A DNA stretch of 64,000 bases from a virus: IMG/VR virus record IMGVR_UViG_3300045988_165922, positions 37,893 through 101,892 of that record. The stretch is one strand, 5' to 3'. Below the pieces are notes generated by a model that saw only the letters and a list, made by a program, of their open reading frames with translations, was not told the origin of the DNA and made no database searches. A program made the translations under genes and the position numbers. Each line of letters begins with the position of its first letter. Position 1 is the first letter of the stretch. Positions 8,668-17,013 of this stretch are shown piece by piece.

Positions 8668-9081
8668 TCAGCAGACGCTCGCGGAACCATCATCGCAAAG
8701 AGAGCATAACAGGCAACCGATGCCGTTAATATCCCTTGTCAGATGCACGCCCTTGGTGGAGCCGCACTCCTCACAACGAATGCCACTGTGCTTACGAGCG
8801 GTAGTGGAAGTGCGGGAGGGGGCAGACCCACGACGGTGGGTTTCCTTCCTTGGCGTGCCTATGACGTATTCCACACCGTCCAACACGAACGGCTTGCTGA
8901 CCTTGACGATGTTCACGTGAGACACTTCGCCGTTGGCTTTGAATACTGGGAACTCGTCGGTTTCACCAGCCTCGCTCCAATTGTCCCACCACTCTTTCGG
9001 GATTCGGACTTTCCAACCGTCCTTTAGCTTCGTCCAAGTCGGACGGGGTTCGGTCTTGGCGTCTTCGATAGTGTCACTCAT
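8668..9081 (-). CDS. hypothetical protein with C-terminal Cys cluster (CEECG...CLLCSLCDD)
   Basis: ORF track; RBS GAAAGGACAAAAA-ATG. Confidence 0.55.
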   Translation of the reverse strand: MSDTIEDAKTEPRPTWTKLKDGWKVRIPKEWWDNWSEAGETDEFPVFKANGEVSHVNIVKVSKPFVLDGVEYVIGTPRKETHRRGSAPSRTSTTARKHSGIRCEECGSTKGVHLTRDINGIGCLLCSLCDDGSASVC

Positions 9082-9092
9082 TTTTTGTCCTT

Positions 9093-9470
9093 TCAGCGAG
9101 TGTATCCGATTTTCCTAAGCACATGGTCTTCGGGGCTGGAGAGACGCTTGATGACCTCTTCCGGCGTAAGGCTGATTCTCTTCGTGTGGAGTAGGGGTTG
9201 GAACGAGCAGGTGCGGAGGAACTTCGTGACCACGCCGTCTCTGCTCATGCGGGAAGGAATCTTCTGGTTTCGATACTGGCGGTAGGTGAAGCGGAGCCAA
9301 CGAATCGCCTGTTTCGAGTCGATGGTCTTCACATGGGGATTATCGGCGTAGGCTTTCACCCAGTTATTGCGTTCGGTGACGCTATGGAAAATCTGGATTA
9401 GGGGAATGTTGTTGTCAGGGTCGAGCTTCTGGTTGGGATGGTTGACGATGGCGGCGTAGTAGGTGTTCAT
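9093..9470 (-). CDS. hypothetical protein, 125 aa
   Basis: start MNTYYAAI with RBS AAGGAG; the track's 5' extension reads through the motif. Confidence 0.5.
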   Translation of the reverse strand: MNTYYAAIVNHPNQKLDPDNNIPLIQIFHSVTERNNWVKAYADNPHVKTIDSKQAIRWLRFTYRQYRNQKIPSRMSRDGVVTKFLRTCSFQPLLHTKRISLTPEEVIKRLSSPEDHVLRKIGYTR

Positions 9471-9497
9471 GGGTCGCTCCTTTTGTAGACCAAGTTT

Positions 9498-9520
9498 TTG
9501 TGTGAACAATCCCAGTATAT
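9498..9520 (-). promoter_or_regulatory. conserved promoter/leader motif copy (ttgtgtgaacaatcccagtatat)
   Basis: consensus copy upstream of the 9093..9470 gene. Confidence 0.6.
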
Positions 9521-9570
9521 ATTCAAGAATAGCAATCACGCAAGTCGGCACGTCAAAACAAACTACCCAA

Positions 9571-9924
9571 TCACACAAAAACCAGCAAGCCTATCAATGC
9601 AATAATCGACAGATAGGCCAGAACCATAAGAGACAATCCAACCCGCAGACCCCATCCCCAAGCCGATACGCGAGAATCATTCTCCCTACCGACCTCTTCC
9701 ATTTTGCGGCTCCAAGCCTGAGCCTTATCAGTCAACTCGTTCTGCGTGAGCAAATTGCCGTCACGGTCGAACGGGCTAGGCTGATACGGCAACGGTAGAA
9801 GAATCCCCTCCATATCCGATGGTGGCAATACCGGATACGGTGGAATATTATGCCGCCAGATTTGCTCGGAACGGCGCAACCCCATACGGAACGCCGGATT
9901 ACGCACCGTGTCCAATAAACCCAT
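9571..9924 (-). CDS. hypothetical protein with C-terminal TM anchor, 117 aa
   Basis: RBS TAGGAGTAGAAA-ATG; hydrophobic C-terminus LSLMVLAYLSIIALIGLLVFV. Confidence 0.5.
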   Translation of the reverse strand: MGLLDTVRNPAFRMGLRRSEQIWRHNIPPYPVLPPSDMEGILLPLPYQPSPFDRDGNLLTQNELTDKAQAWSRKMEEVGRENDSRVSAWGWGLRVGLSLMVLAYLSIIALIGLLVFV

Positions 9925-9933
9925 TTTCTACTC

Positions 9934-10344
9934 CTATCGAAAAGTTAACGGCTCTTCGCCTATCCTCACAAGCAACTCGTTCAGTTCAGGTATGAGAATA
10001 TCCGTCTCAAGCTCTTCAATATCATGCTTGGTGAGGTAGAACACTTGCCTGTCCTTGTAATGCAACATGCCGTCAGTGTCGAACGATAGGCTTTCGAACA
10101 TGGTTTCGACCATATCCCAGAACAGGTTTCCGAACTGTTCTTTGGTTCGTTCGTCTTTCAGAACCGTATATACGGCGTGGGAGTATTGTTCGCCACGTTT
10201 CAAGTCCTTGTTCAGGCAACGTTCGCAACGATGGTATCCGTCCAAGTCTTTCACACAGTCGGAGCATAACGGTCGGGAGCATTCGGGGCAGAGGATAGTC
10301 CACTTGTTTGTTTTGCAGATTGCGCAGATTCCGTTGTTCAGCAC
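9934..10344 (-). CDS. zinc-finger protein (four CxxC pairs at N-terminus), 136 aa
   Basis: CAIC...CPEC...CSDC...CERC; GTG start with RBS AAGGAGC. Confidence 0.55.
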   Translation of the reverse strand: MLNNGICAICKTNKWTILCPECSRPLCSDCVKDLDGYHRCERCLNKDLKRGEQYSHAVYTVLKDERTKEQFGNLFWDMVETMFESLSFDTDGMLHYKDRQVFYLTKHDIEELETDILIPELNELLVRIGEEPLTFR

Positions 10345-10394
10345 GTCGAATGCTCCTTACCGTAGTAGGTGTGATTGCTTCCAGATTAACTCAA

Positions 10395-11117
10395 TCAGTC
10401 CAACGGTCTGCCGCGTCCGACAATCTTCTTACCGTCCGCGTTCCGCAACCATGCCAAGCCGTGACCATAGGAAACAACACCAGCTTTGACGGTCGGATTC
10501 TGCTGGAACGTGTAATAAACTTCCACCAGTCCGCCGCCACCGTTCGCTTGCAGAATACGAATCCTGTAATCCTTTTCCACGGCTTTGATGGCCATATCCC
10601 GTTCGAGTTCATCAAACCAACCATAAAGTGGGAGCATGGCGAAAGCGGCTAATACTCCTACGGTGATGAACCGCCAATATGTTTTGGCCCCTACCAGTAG
10701 GGCGATTACCGCCACGAGAACGCCGATGATGGCGATTCCGGCCACGAGTTGACGCCAATTGCCGTTGCAATCGTACTCGACGGGAGCATAGGGATTGGTG
10801 AGGGTCGTCGCGGATTTGACGGGTTTTGACTGTTTGCGTGAGATGGTCGGCTTGTAGGTCTTCGGTTCTTTCGTGGACACGGTTTCGGTCTTTGCTTTAG
10901 GTTCCGTCTTGACTGTAGGGTCGTTCTTCGATTCGACGGGCTTAGGAACGTTCTTCTTTTCAGCTTCCATGGGCGGTGCCGGTGGTTTCAACATTTTCCG
11001 TTCCGTCTCTTTGACCACTCTTTGAAGTTCGATGGTGGTGGACGAGTCGGGTTCGTCCATCGGTTCCTGACCTAACATCATGAGGTCGTTTTCCAGCGAG
11101 ACATCCCGTTCTTTCAT
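10395..11117 (-). CDS. membrane protein with Pro/Lys/Thr-rich linker and one TM, 240 aa
   Basis: ORF track; RBS GAAAGGAAG; TM IAIIGVLVAVIALLVG. Confidence 0.55.
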   Translation of the reverse strand: MKERDVSLENDLMMLGQEPMDEPDSSTTIELQRVVKETERKMLKPPAPPMEAEKKNVPKPVESKNDPTVKTEPKAKTETVSTKEPKTYKPTISRKQSKPVKSATTLTNPYAPVEYDCNGNWRQLVAGIAIIGVLVAVIALLVGAKTYWRFITVGVLAAFAMLPLYGWFDELERDMAIKAVEKDYRIRILQANGGGGLVEVYYTFQQNPTVKAGVVSYGHGLAWLRNADGKKIVGRGRPLD

Positions 11118-11153
11118 ACAAGGCTTCCTTTCTTTTTTGTCGGATATGAGAGA

Positions 11154-11185
11154 GGGGAGAAGCGGTCTGGATGACGCTTCTCCCC
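11154..11185 (-). terminator. hairpin terminator candidate (ggggagaagcg...cgcttctcccc)
   Basis: 10-bp GC-rich stem just downstream of the 11203 gene stop; no clean U-run. Confidence 0.4.
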
Positions 11186-11202
11186 GAGGCTTTTAGCATA
11201 GG

Positions 11203-11499
11203 TCAGAGGATTCGGGTTCCCTTGCGGGTGACGAGCATGATTCTGTTTTCGAGGCGGTTCTCGAAAACGTCCCAGTTGCCGCTCAGGACAGCCAAACACA
11301 CATTGCCTTTGATGAGGTTCCAACGTTCGTCGCAGTTGGATACGACGTGCTTCCAGTTGATTGGATTGGGCTTGTGGTGGGAGGTTTCCACGATAGCTTC
11401 GGTCATGGGCCTGTCTGCGTAGGCGTGGTCGTAGGTGTTGTCGCTTGCGACGATGCTGATGGTGCCGTTGTCGAATGCGATTGGCTGGATGGTGTTCAT
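11203..11499 (-). CDS. hypothetical protein, 98 aa
   Basis: start MNTIQPIAF with RBS AAAAGGAGAAAAC. Confidence 0.5.
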   Translation of the reverse strand: MNTIQPIAFDNGTISIVASDNTYDHAYADRPMTEAIVETSHHKPNPINWKHVVSNCDERWNLIKGNVCLAVLSGNWDVFENRLENRIMLVTRKGTRIL

Positions 11500-11536
11500 G
11501 TTTTCTCCTTTTGTTGTTGTGAGGCCGAACCCTTTT

Positions 11537-11559
11537 TGTGTGGACATGACCACTATAAC
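11537..11559 (-). promoter_or_regulatory. degenerate promoter/leader motif copy (tgtgtggacatgaccactataac)
   Basis: consensus-like copy upstream of the 11203..11499 gene. Confidence 0.5.
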
Positions 11560-11610
11560 ACATGGTCTGAAATATCACAATACGAAAAAACAAAAAATGC
11601 CGACCAGCGC

Positions 11611-12045
11611 CTAGAAGCAGAAGACCAAGCCCTGCGCCCTGACGAAAGACCTCAGAGCCTTCGGGGTACGCTCCCACGACTTTCTCTCCCCATACCATTC
11701 CACAAGAGCGGCACCAAGCTTTTCGGCAATCTCACAGGCGCGTTCCTCGGTCTCGGCGGCAACCTCCAGCGTAAGGTCGGGATAGAAATAGAAGCCCACG
11801 TATCGGACGGAAGGGCTTTTGGTGGTGATGGGCTTCAGTCTCTCGGGTTCGTCGCTTCCCACGAGCGAGTATGTTGCGCCGTGTTCGCCGTCCGTGATTC
11901 GCAGTGTGACGCAGTGCCATACGGTGCGTGCGGAGAGCACGGGCATGGGGTCGAGGATGGTTCTCCCGTGTTCGTGGGTGTACTGTTCGGCGCTCTCAAG
12001 CGAAGTTAAGAGTGTGAGCTGGTCTTCGTATTCGACCGGCCACAC
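11611..12045 (-). CDS. hypothetical protein, ~144 aa, start unresolved
   Basis: long clean ORF, but the only in-frame start after an upstream stop is a GTG lying 37 nt from the AAGGAG box. Confidence 0.4.
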   Translation of the reverse strand: MWPVEYEDQLTLLTSLESAEQYTHEHGRTILDPMPVLSARTVWHCVTLRITDGEHGATYSLVGSDEPERLKPITTKSPSVRYVGFYFYPDLTLEVAAETEERACEIAEKLGAALVEWYGERKSWERTPKALRSFVRAQGLVFCF

Positions 12046-12106
12046 CTGCTGTGTCTGCTGGTAGGCGTGTTCTATATACAGGTTGTTCTCCTTTTTAAAT
12101 GGTTTT

Positions 12107-12129
12107 TGTGTGGACGATTCCAGTGTGCC
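12107..12129 (-). promoter_or_regulatory. degenerate promoter/leader motif copy (tgtgtggacgattccagtgtgcc)
   Basis: consensus-like copy upstream of the 11611..12045 gene. Confidence 0.5.
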
Positions 12130-12206
12130 ACAGAGGGATAATGCAAAAATCCCTCACTGCACAGCCGCAAAAAGCTAAACCCGTCGAATCCGACGGGTTT
12201 AGAATC

Positions 12207-12545
12207 TCAGGGAATCAGCTGCCAAATCCGCCAGCCGACCAACCCCAACAGTACGAGCACCCCAATCGCATACATCCACGTGCCCGCGTATCCGCCCGCG
12301 AGGAACGCGCTCATCCGACGTTTCCGTTGCTCCAGCAGTGCGTACCATTCGCTCTCGCAACGGTCGAACATGTCCGCGTCCATGCGGGTGCCTCCGTACA
12401 TGTCGAGCCAATCGCGCACGGTCGGCATGGGACCCAACGGGTCACGCAGACGGGCGTGCGGTATGAGGGCTATTTTCAACCCCTGCCACACGCCCTTGAG
12501 AAAGAACGCGGGTAGCCTGTCCCCGGTCACGACAGCTCCCCACAT
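12207..12545 (-). CDS. small membrane protein, ~112 aa
   Basis: start MWGAVV; its ATG lies inside the 3' end of the RHH gene; C-terminal TM GVLVLLGLVGW. Confidence 0.45.
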   Translation of the reverse strand: MWGAVVTGDRLPAFFLKGVWQGLKIALIPHARLRDPLGPMPTVRDWLDMYGGTRMDADMFDRCESEWYALLEQRKRRMSAFLAGGYAGTWMYAIGVLVLLGLVGWRIWQLIP

Positions 12546-12685
12546 GGTTCGACGGTTTGCCTCAGCCCCCGTTCGACCAGTGCTCTCACCGCCGCGTTCC
12601 ACGTGAGTTCGTTATCGTCGGCGTATTGCATGGTCTGCCGGTACAGGTCGGCGGGCAACATGACCACACGGTTCACGTTCGGCAT
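12527..12685 (-). CDS. ribbon-helix-helix (CopG/Arc-like) DNA-binding protein, 52 aa
   Basis: hand-translated MPNVNRVVMLPADLYRQTMQYADDNELTWNAAVRALVERGL (beta strand then two helices); below the ORF-track size cut-off. Confidence 0.45.
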   Translation of the reverse strand: MPNVNRVVMLPADLYRQTMQYADDNELTWNAAVRALVERGLRQTVEPCGELS

Positions 12686-12689
12686 CGCG

Positions 12690-12869
12690 TTACCTCCAGA
12701 ACAGGTGGGCGAGCGAATCGGCGTCGATGTATCGGCGTCGTCCGATTTTGTAGGTGCGTATGCGACCGGCCTTCAGCAGGTCGTACACGTGCTGTCGTGA
12801 GCAGGAGAGGTAGGCCATCGTGTCAGCTATAGTGAGGATGGCTGGCAGTTCCTTGGCTTTGGTTCTCAT
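12690..12869 (-). CDS. excisionase-family HTH protein (Xis/MerR-like), 59 aa
   Basis: hand-translated MRTKAKELPAILTIADTMAYLSCSRQHVYDLLKAGRIRTYKIGRRRYIDADSLAHLFWR; matches the excisionase-family DNA-binding HTH pattern; RBS AAAGGA. Confidence 0.6.
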   Translation of the reverse strand: MRTKAKELPAILTIADTMAYLSCSRQHVYDLLKAGRIRTYKIGRRRYIDADSLAHLFWR

Positions 12870-12887
12870 CGTCGTGTATCCTTTTCG

Positions 12888-13277
12888 TTAATACCGGTAT
12901 TCGCAACCGGAATCCAAAAACTCGTGTTCGCCGTCGCTCCACAGCACGGCCTCTATGGTCGAAGGGTCGTTCAGGTCGATGAAAAACGCGGCAAGCTCGT
13001 CCACTGACAAGCGGGAAAACTCCTCGCCCACGGCTTTATAGAATTCGTCCCAAACGGCTTGGTCGGCGTCTGATTCCATGAGCGTGGAGAACCGTTCCGC
13101 CAGTTGCGCGGATGGGAGTATGGCATGGGAGAATCCTTCATCCGTGATGTCGAGCCATGCGTTCAGGCACCTGTCAGCCAGTTCGACGACCGGGAAGGTC
13201 AACATTCTCGTGGCGGTGCCCGTCCACTTGGTTTTCTTTAGAGAACTGACTTCTACGGCCTTGGTCTTGTGTTCCAT
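12888..13277 (-). CDS. hypothetical protein, 129 aa (paralog of 13745..14131)
   Basis: RBS TAGGAG; shares TxPVxELADxCxNxWLDIxD and C-terminal motifs with 13745..14131. Confidence 0.55.
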   Translation of the reverse strand: MEHKTKAVEVSSLKKTKWTGTATRMLTFPVVELADRCLNAWLDITDEGFSHAILPSAQLAERFSTLMESDADQAVWDEFYKAVGEEFSRLSVDELAAFFIDLNDPSTIEAVLWSDGEHEFLDSGCEYRY

Positions 13278-13309
13278 GGTCTAACTCCTATTCAATGGCT
13301 TTCTGTTTT

Positions 13310-13332
13310 TGTGTGAACGATTCCAGTATAGC
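13310..13332 (-). promoter_or_regulatory. conserved promoter/leader motif copy (tgtgtgaacgattccagtatagc)
   Basis: consensus copy upstream of the 12888..13277 gene. Confidence 0.6.
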
Positions 13333-13409
13333 GCACTTTGTAAAACAGGCAACACGGACACGCCAAAAAACAAAAAGCCCCGCCAAAACGACGGGGCCAC
13401 AAACCAAAA

Positions 13410-13610
13410 CTAACGATTCATACTCAAACGAACCTCAACCGCGACGGTCAGCAACACCACCGTAATGGCGCACACGGATACGATACCGAACGTGCGGCCA
13501 AACGTGAACAGCCAAGTGCCGAACGAGTAGATGCCGAACGCGACTGCGGTTGCCGTCCCACCGAAAGCGATGGTGACAAGCGTCATGAGCAGAACGTCCT
13601 TGATATGCAT
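13410..13610 (-). CDS. small 2-TM membrane protein, 66 aa
   Basis: RBS AAAAGGAGAAAAA-ATG; two hydrophobic helices. Confidence 0.5.
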   Translation of the reverse strand: MHIKDVLLMTLVTIAFGGTATAVAFGIYSFGTWLFTFGRTFGIVSVCAITVVLLTVAVEVRLSMNR

Positions 13611-13648
13611 TTTTTCTCCTTTTGGTGATGGGTTTTACGAACCCTTGT

Positions 13649-13671
13649 TTGTGTGAACAATTCCAGTATAC
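13649..13671 (-). promoter_or_regulatory. conserved promoter/leader motif copy (ttgtgtgaacaattccagtatac)
   Basis: consensus copy upstream of the 13410..13610 gene. Confidence 0.6.
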
Positions 13672-13744
13672 ATCATGTTGGGGCACGACACGCCAAACAA
13701 AAAGCGCCCCACCCACCCAAGGGAGAGGCGCTAAAACCCGACGG

Positions 13745-14131
13745 TCAGAACTCATGCTCGCAATCGGAATCGAGATACCATTTGTCCCCGTAACCCCAAA
13801 GAACACGACGGATGGTCGCAGGGTCGTTCAACTCCATGAACTTGGACGCCAGTTCATCCACCGACATGGCGGAAAAAGCCTTGCCAACGGAAGCATAGAA
13901 TTCATCCCATTCCGCCTGTTCGGCGTCGGAATCGACCAGCTCACGGAACCGTCCGGCAAGCTTCTCGTCCGGTAGGGAGGCTTCCGCAAAATTCGTGTCC
14001 TCTATGTCCAGCCAAGTGTTGAAACACTTGTCGGCCAACGCTTCAACCGGAATGGTGAGGATGCTGGAATACGTGCCCTTCCAAGCGTTTTTCTTGAAGA
14101 AGCTAACGTCTCGTGCCTTCATTTTTCTCAC
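13745..14131 (-). CDS. hypothetical protein, 128 aa (paralog of 12888..13277)
   Basis: RBS AGGAAGTGAGAAAA; paralog alignment holds over the full length. Confidence 0.55.
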   Translation of the reverse strand: MRKMKARDVSFFKKNAWKGTYSSILTIPVEALADKCFNTWLDIEDTNFAEASLPDEKLAGRFRELVDSDAEQAEWDEFYASVGKAFSAMSVDELASKFMELNDPATIRRVLWGYGDKWYLDSDCEHEF

Positions 14132-14134
14132 TTC

Positions 14135-14629
14135 CTATTCTTCGTCACTGTCCGCCTGACGGAGCGGAACGATACGGTTCCACTGTTCCTCATACTTGTC
14201 CTCCACATCCTTGGGACCATTGTCCAGCAGTTCGTTCAACGTGGCTCGTCCTACGTCGCTGAGACGGCTGATATTGCGGAGGATGTTCGCCACGTCGTCG
14301 GCTTCGTATAATTTGTTGCGATTGTCCAAAAGTTCCTGATATCGCGAGTCGGAGAGGTTCCAAAGATAGTCTTCCAGCAGTTTCCAGTCCTCCTTTTCGG
14401 CAGAGGGTACTGGAATCGGCTTGGTGAGCCGCCAATCTTCGAGAATGTCCGCCCAAAGGTCGGTCTTGACATTGTATTCGCCAAGGTCTTCCTCGTGGGT
14501 GAGTTTTTCGATTCGCTGTTCTTCGCCATCCTCGTCCAAGTAGTCTATTGTGAGATATTCCCTATCCACTGACAAGGTGGAGAGTTCGCGTAGTTTGGTG
14601 ATTTTGAGGTTGACGATTGTGTTAATCAT
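14135..14629 (-). CDS. hypothetical acidic protein, ~164 aa
   Basis: start MINTIVNLK with an AAGGAGG-like RBS; the track's 5' extension reads through the motif. Confidence 0.5.
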   Translation of the reverse strand: MINTIVNLKITKLRELSTLSVDREYLTIDYLDEDGEEQRIEKLTHEEDLGEYNVKTDLWADILEDWRLTKPIPVPSAEKEDWKLLEDYLWNLSDSRYQELLDNRNKLYEADDVANILRNISRLSDVGRATLNELLDNGPKDVEDKYEEQWNRIVPLRQADSDEE

Positions 14630-14660
14630 TTTTTGTTCCTCCTTGTTGGAATCTATTTTT

Positions 14661-14683
14661 TGTGTGAACAATCCCAGTATACC
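14661..14683 (-). promoter_or_regulatory. conserved promoter/leader motif copy (tgtgtgaacaatcccagtatacc)
   Basis: consensus copy upstream of the 14135..14629 gene. Confidence 0.6.
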
Positions 14684-14743
14684 ATGTTTGTTGTGAAAAA
14701 CAAAAACAGCCCACTCCCCAAAGCAAGGAAGCGGGCTGAAAAG

Positions 14744-15568
14744 TCAGGCATTCAGCAAAGCGTGGGACGAAACACCCATTTCAGACAAACCCAAACCCAC
14801 ATTGTTCGCGTCACTCACACCACGGGCAAAACCATCCTTGCTACCACGAGCAGTGGCCGCATGACCCGACACCAGCTCAAGCTTGTCAAAATACTCGTTC
14901 AGACGCTGACTCTTACATGACACCAGCTCACGACCGGAAGGAATGGCGAGACTCTGCTTGCGAAGCTCCTCGAAACGTTCGCTCAAACGTTCGTTGAATC
15001 CACCGCGATAACCATAGTAGAACTTGGCGCGTGGATAATCACGACGCATGTACTGTTTGCATTCCGTCAGCGTCGGATAGGATTCACGTCCGTAATGCGT
15101 TTCGACGTATTCCTTGTTGTCCTCATAGTACGCTTTGGCGTGCTTGTCAATCATGTCCGCGTAGCTAGTACGGGCGTGGACTGAGCAGTATAGGTCGATG
15201 CTTTGGAAGAGAAGGACTGCGGCGTTCACATCGTCCTCCTCGCCTACGAACATGACGGCACGTTCCTCAATCCTTCCGCCACACCGGCTTTCGTGAAGGT
15301 AGGCGCGGCATTCGTTAGCTTGGGCGATGATGGTCGCAAGGTAGCCTTGCTGATGGTAGATGGTGGTTTTGCTTACGTTCACGCCACGTTCGATGATTGG
15401 CTTGTTCGTGCGGGTGCGGTCGCGTTTCCAGTCTTCGATACGATATTCGTTAATGAGTTTCTGTGCCCGCTCGAACGCCATTTGCGCCTCATTGTCGCTG
15501 GATGCTTCGTTTTCGGCTATTGCCATGAGGTTGTTGATGCGTTCGATGATGCTGTCGATGTTGCTCAT
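14744..15568 (-). CDS. DUF2786-like protein (N-terminal IIERINNLMAIAENEAS...AQKLINEY signature), 274 aa
   Basis: N-terminal motif resembles the DUF2786 family common on actinobacterial plasmids and phages; RBS AAGGAGC. Confidence 0.5.
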   Translation of the reverse strand: MSNIDSIIERINNLMAIAENEASSDNEAQMAFERAQKLINEYRIEDWKRDRTRTNKPIIERGVNVSKTTIYHQQGYLATIIAQANECRAYLHESRCGGRIEERAVMFVGEEDDVNAAVLLFQSIDLYCSVHARTSYADMIDKHAKAYYEDNKEYVETHYGRESYPTLTECKQYMRRDYPRAKFYYGYRGGFNERLSERFEELRKQSLAIPSGRELVSCKSQRLNEYFDKLELVSGHAATARGSKDGFARGVSDANNVGLGLSEMGVSSHALLNA

Positions 15569-15596
15569 TTTTTGCTCCTTGGTTTTTCGACTTTTC

Positions 15597-15620
15597 CTGT
15601 GTGAACAATTCCAGTATACC
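15597..15620 (-). promoter_or_regulatory. conserved promoter/leader motif copy (ctgtgtgaacaattccagtatacc)
   Basis: consensus copy; first motif of the minus-strand island. Confidence 0.6.
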
Positions 15621-15699
15621 TCAAGTATGAAAACAACACAAAAAAGAGGAACGGAAACCGAAACGGGAACCGTCCCTCAATGCCTTTTAGAAAAGTGAC

Positions 15700-15855
15700 C
15701 TTATCTCAAACAAGAATCTATTTTAAACCACTTCCGTTTAGGTCGTCAACCTCTACTCTCGACAAAGCTCGCCCATTATCGAACTTAACCTCTTGGTACA
15801 TGCTTTTTTAAAGTATTATACTTATTATAATTATTATAAAATCAAGGAAACAGAC
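15700..15855 (+). promoter_or_regulatory. low-GC promoter region of the ATPase moron
   Basis: AT-rich (tattatacttattataattattataaaatcaagg), unlike the flanking ~60% GC DNA. Confidence 0.4.
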
Positions 15856-17013
15856 ATGACCAACCCATTCAAACCAACCGCCGGACGTATCCCACCGATA
15901 CTCGTCGGACGAGAAGAAATCATCGAAGACTTCGACTATGCGCTGAAAGACGGTGTGGGAAGCCCCGGACGGCTGATGTTCCTCACAGGAGCCAGAGGAG
16001 TCGGCAAAACAGTCATGCTGGACACACTGGGAGAGCACGCCCAAAAACAAGGTTGGCAAATCTACAACGAAAGCGCCGACAAAGGCTTCACCCGAAGACT
16101 CGTGGACGCGCTCACCGGCAAGGACACCACCCGCATATCCGCATACGACATGCCCAAAGTAGGATTGAAAGGGGACGTCGGGAATCTTGAACTGAGCTTA
16201 GGGAGAATCGAACTCGAACATAATGAGGAACGTTCCCTGACACTCCGCCAAGCGGTCGGAAAACGATTGGACAAAATGAACGAGACCAAACAAGGAATCC
16301 TCATCACATTGGATGAGGTGCAGTCCGGTTCCATGGACGAAATCAGAGCACTGTCCACCGCAGTGCAGCATCTCATCCGGGAAGGACGGAACATCGCGTT
16401 CGTTTTCGCCGGACTGCCGTCCGCAGTGAACGACGTGCTGTCCGACAATGCCATCACTTTCCTGCAACGGGCGGAACGATACCATTTGGGGTCTGTCCCC
16501 ACGGAAAAGGTATTGAAGGCGTTCGAGGAATCCTTCAGCGGCGAGAAGAAAGCCGGAATGGAAACGCTGATACGGTTGACCAACGCCACTCACGGTTATC
16601 CGTTCATGATTCAGCTGGTGGGCTATTGGGCTTGGCGGATGTCCGAAACCAACGGTCATGTGAATCAAGTGACCGAGGAGGACGCGGTCAAGGGTATCGA
16701 AAAAGCCCAAGCCAAACTAGGGGATATGGTTCACGCCCCAGCATTGCATGGCTTGCCATCCCATGCGGTGAACTATCTACTTGCCATGTCGGTGGATGAT
16801 ACGGTGTCGAATACAGGTGAAATCGCCCGTCGGTTGAACCGTTCGCCACAGTTCGCCAACGTGTATAGAACCAAGCTGATTGAGAACGATTTGATTGAGC
16901 CGGTCGGTTACGGTGAAGTCGCTTTCAAAATGCCGTATTTGCGGGATTACTTGCGTGAGCATGGGGCTTATTTGCAGATGCGGGAGAATATCAGCGAACG
17001 CTCGGAGAACTAG
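15856..17013 (+). CDS. AAA+ ATPase of the archaeal-ATPase/ORC-like family with a C-terminal wHTH-like region
   Basis: Walker A GARGVGKT, Walker B ILITLDEV; ~385 aa; RBS AAGGAAACAGAC. Confidence 0.7.
   Translation: MTNPFKPTAGRIPPILVGREEIIEDFDYALKDGVGSPGRLMFLTGARGVGKTVMLDTLGEHAQKQGWQIYNESADKGFTRRLVDALTGKDTTRISAYDMPKVGLKGDVGNLELSLGRIELEHNEERSLTLRQAVGKRLDKMNETKQGILITLDEVQSGSMDEIRALSTAVQHLIREGRNIAFVFAGLPSAVNDVLSDNAITFLQRAERYHLGSVPTEKVLKAFEESFSGEKKAGMETLIRLTNATHGYPFMIQLVGYWAWRMSETNGHVNQVTEEDAVKGIEKAQAKLGDMVHAPALHGLPSHAVNYLLAMSVDDTVSNTGEIARRLNRSPQFANVYRTKLIENDLIEPVGYGEVAFKMPYLRDYLREHGAYLQMRENISERSEN

Noticed and set aside
11114-11698. 194-aa minus-strand ORF spanning two real genes and a motif
   Set aside because: It overlaps 11203..11499 and 11611..12045 in another frame, has His/Arg/Gln-rich low-complexity composition, and reads through the promoter motif and terminator hairpin.
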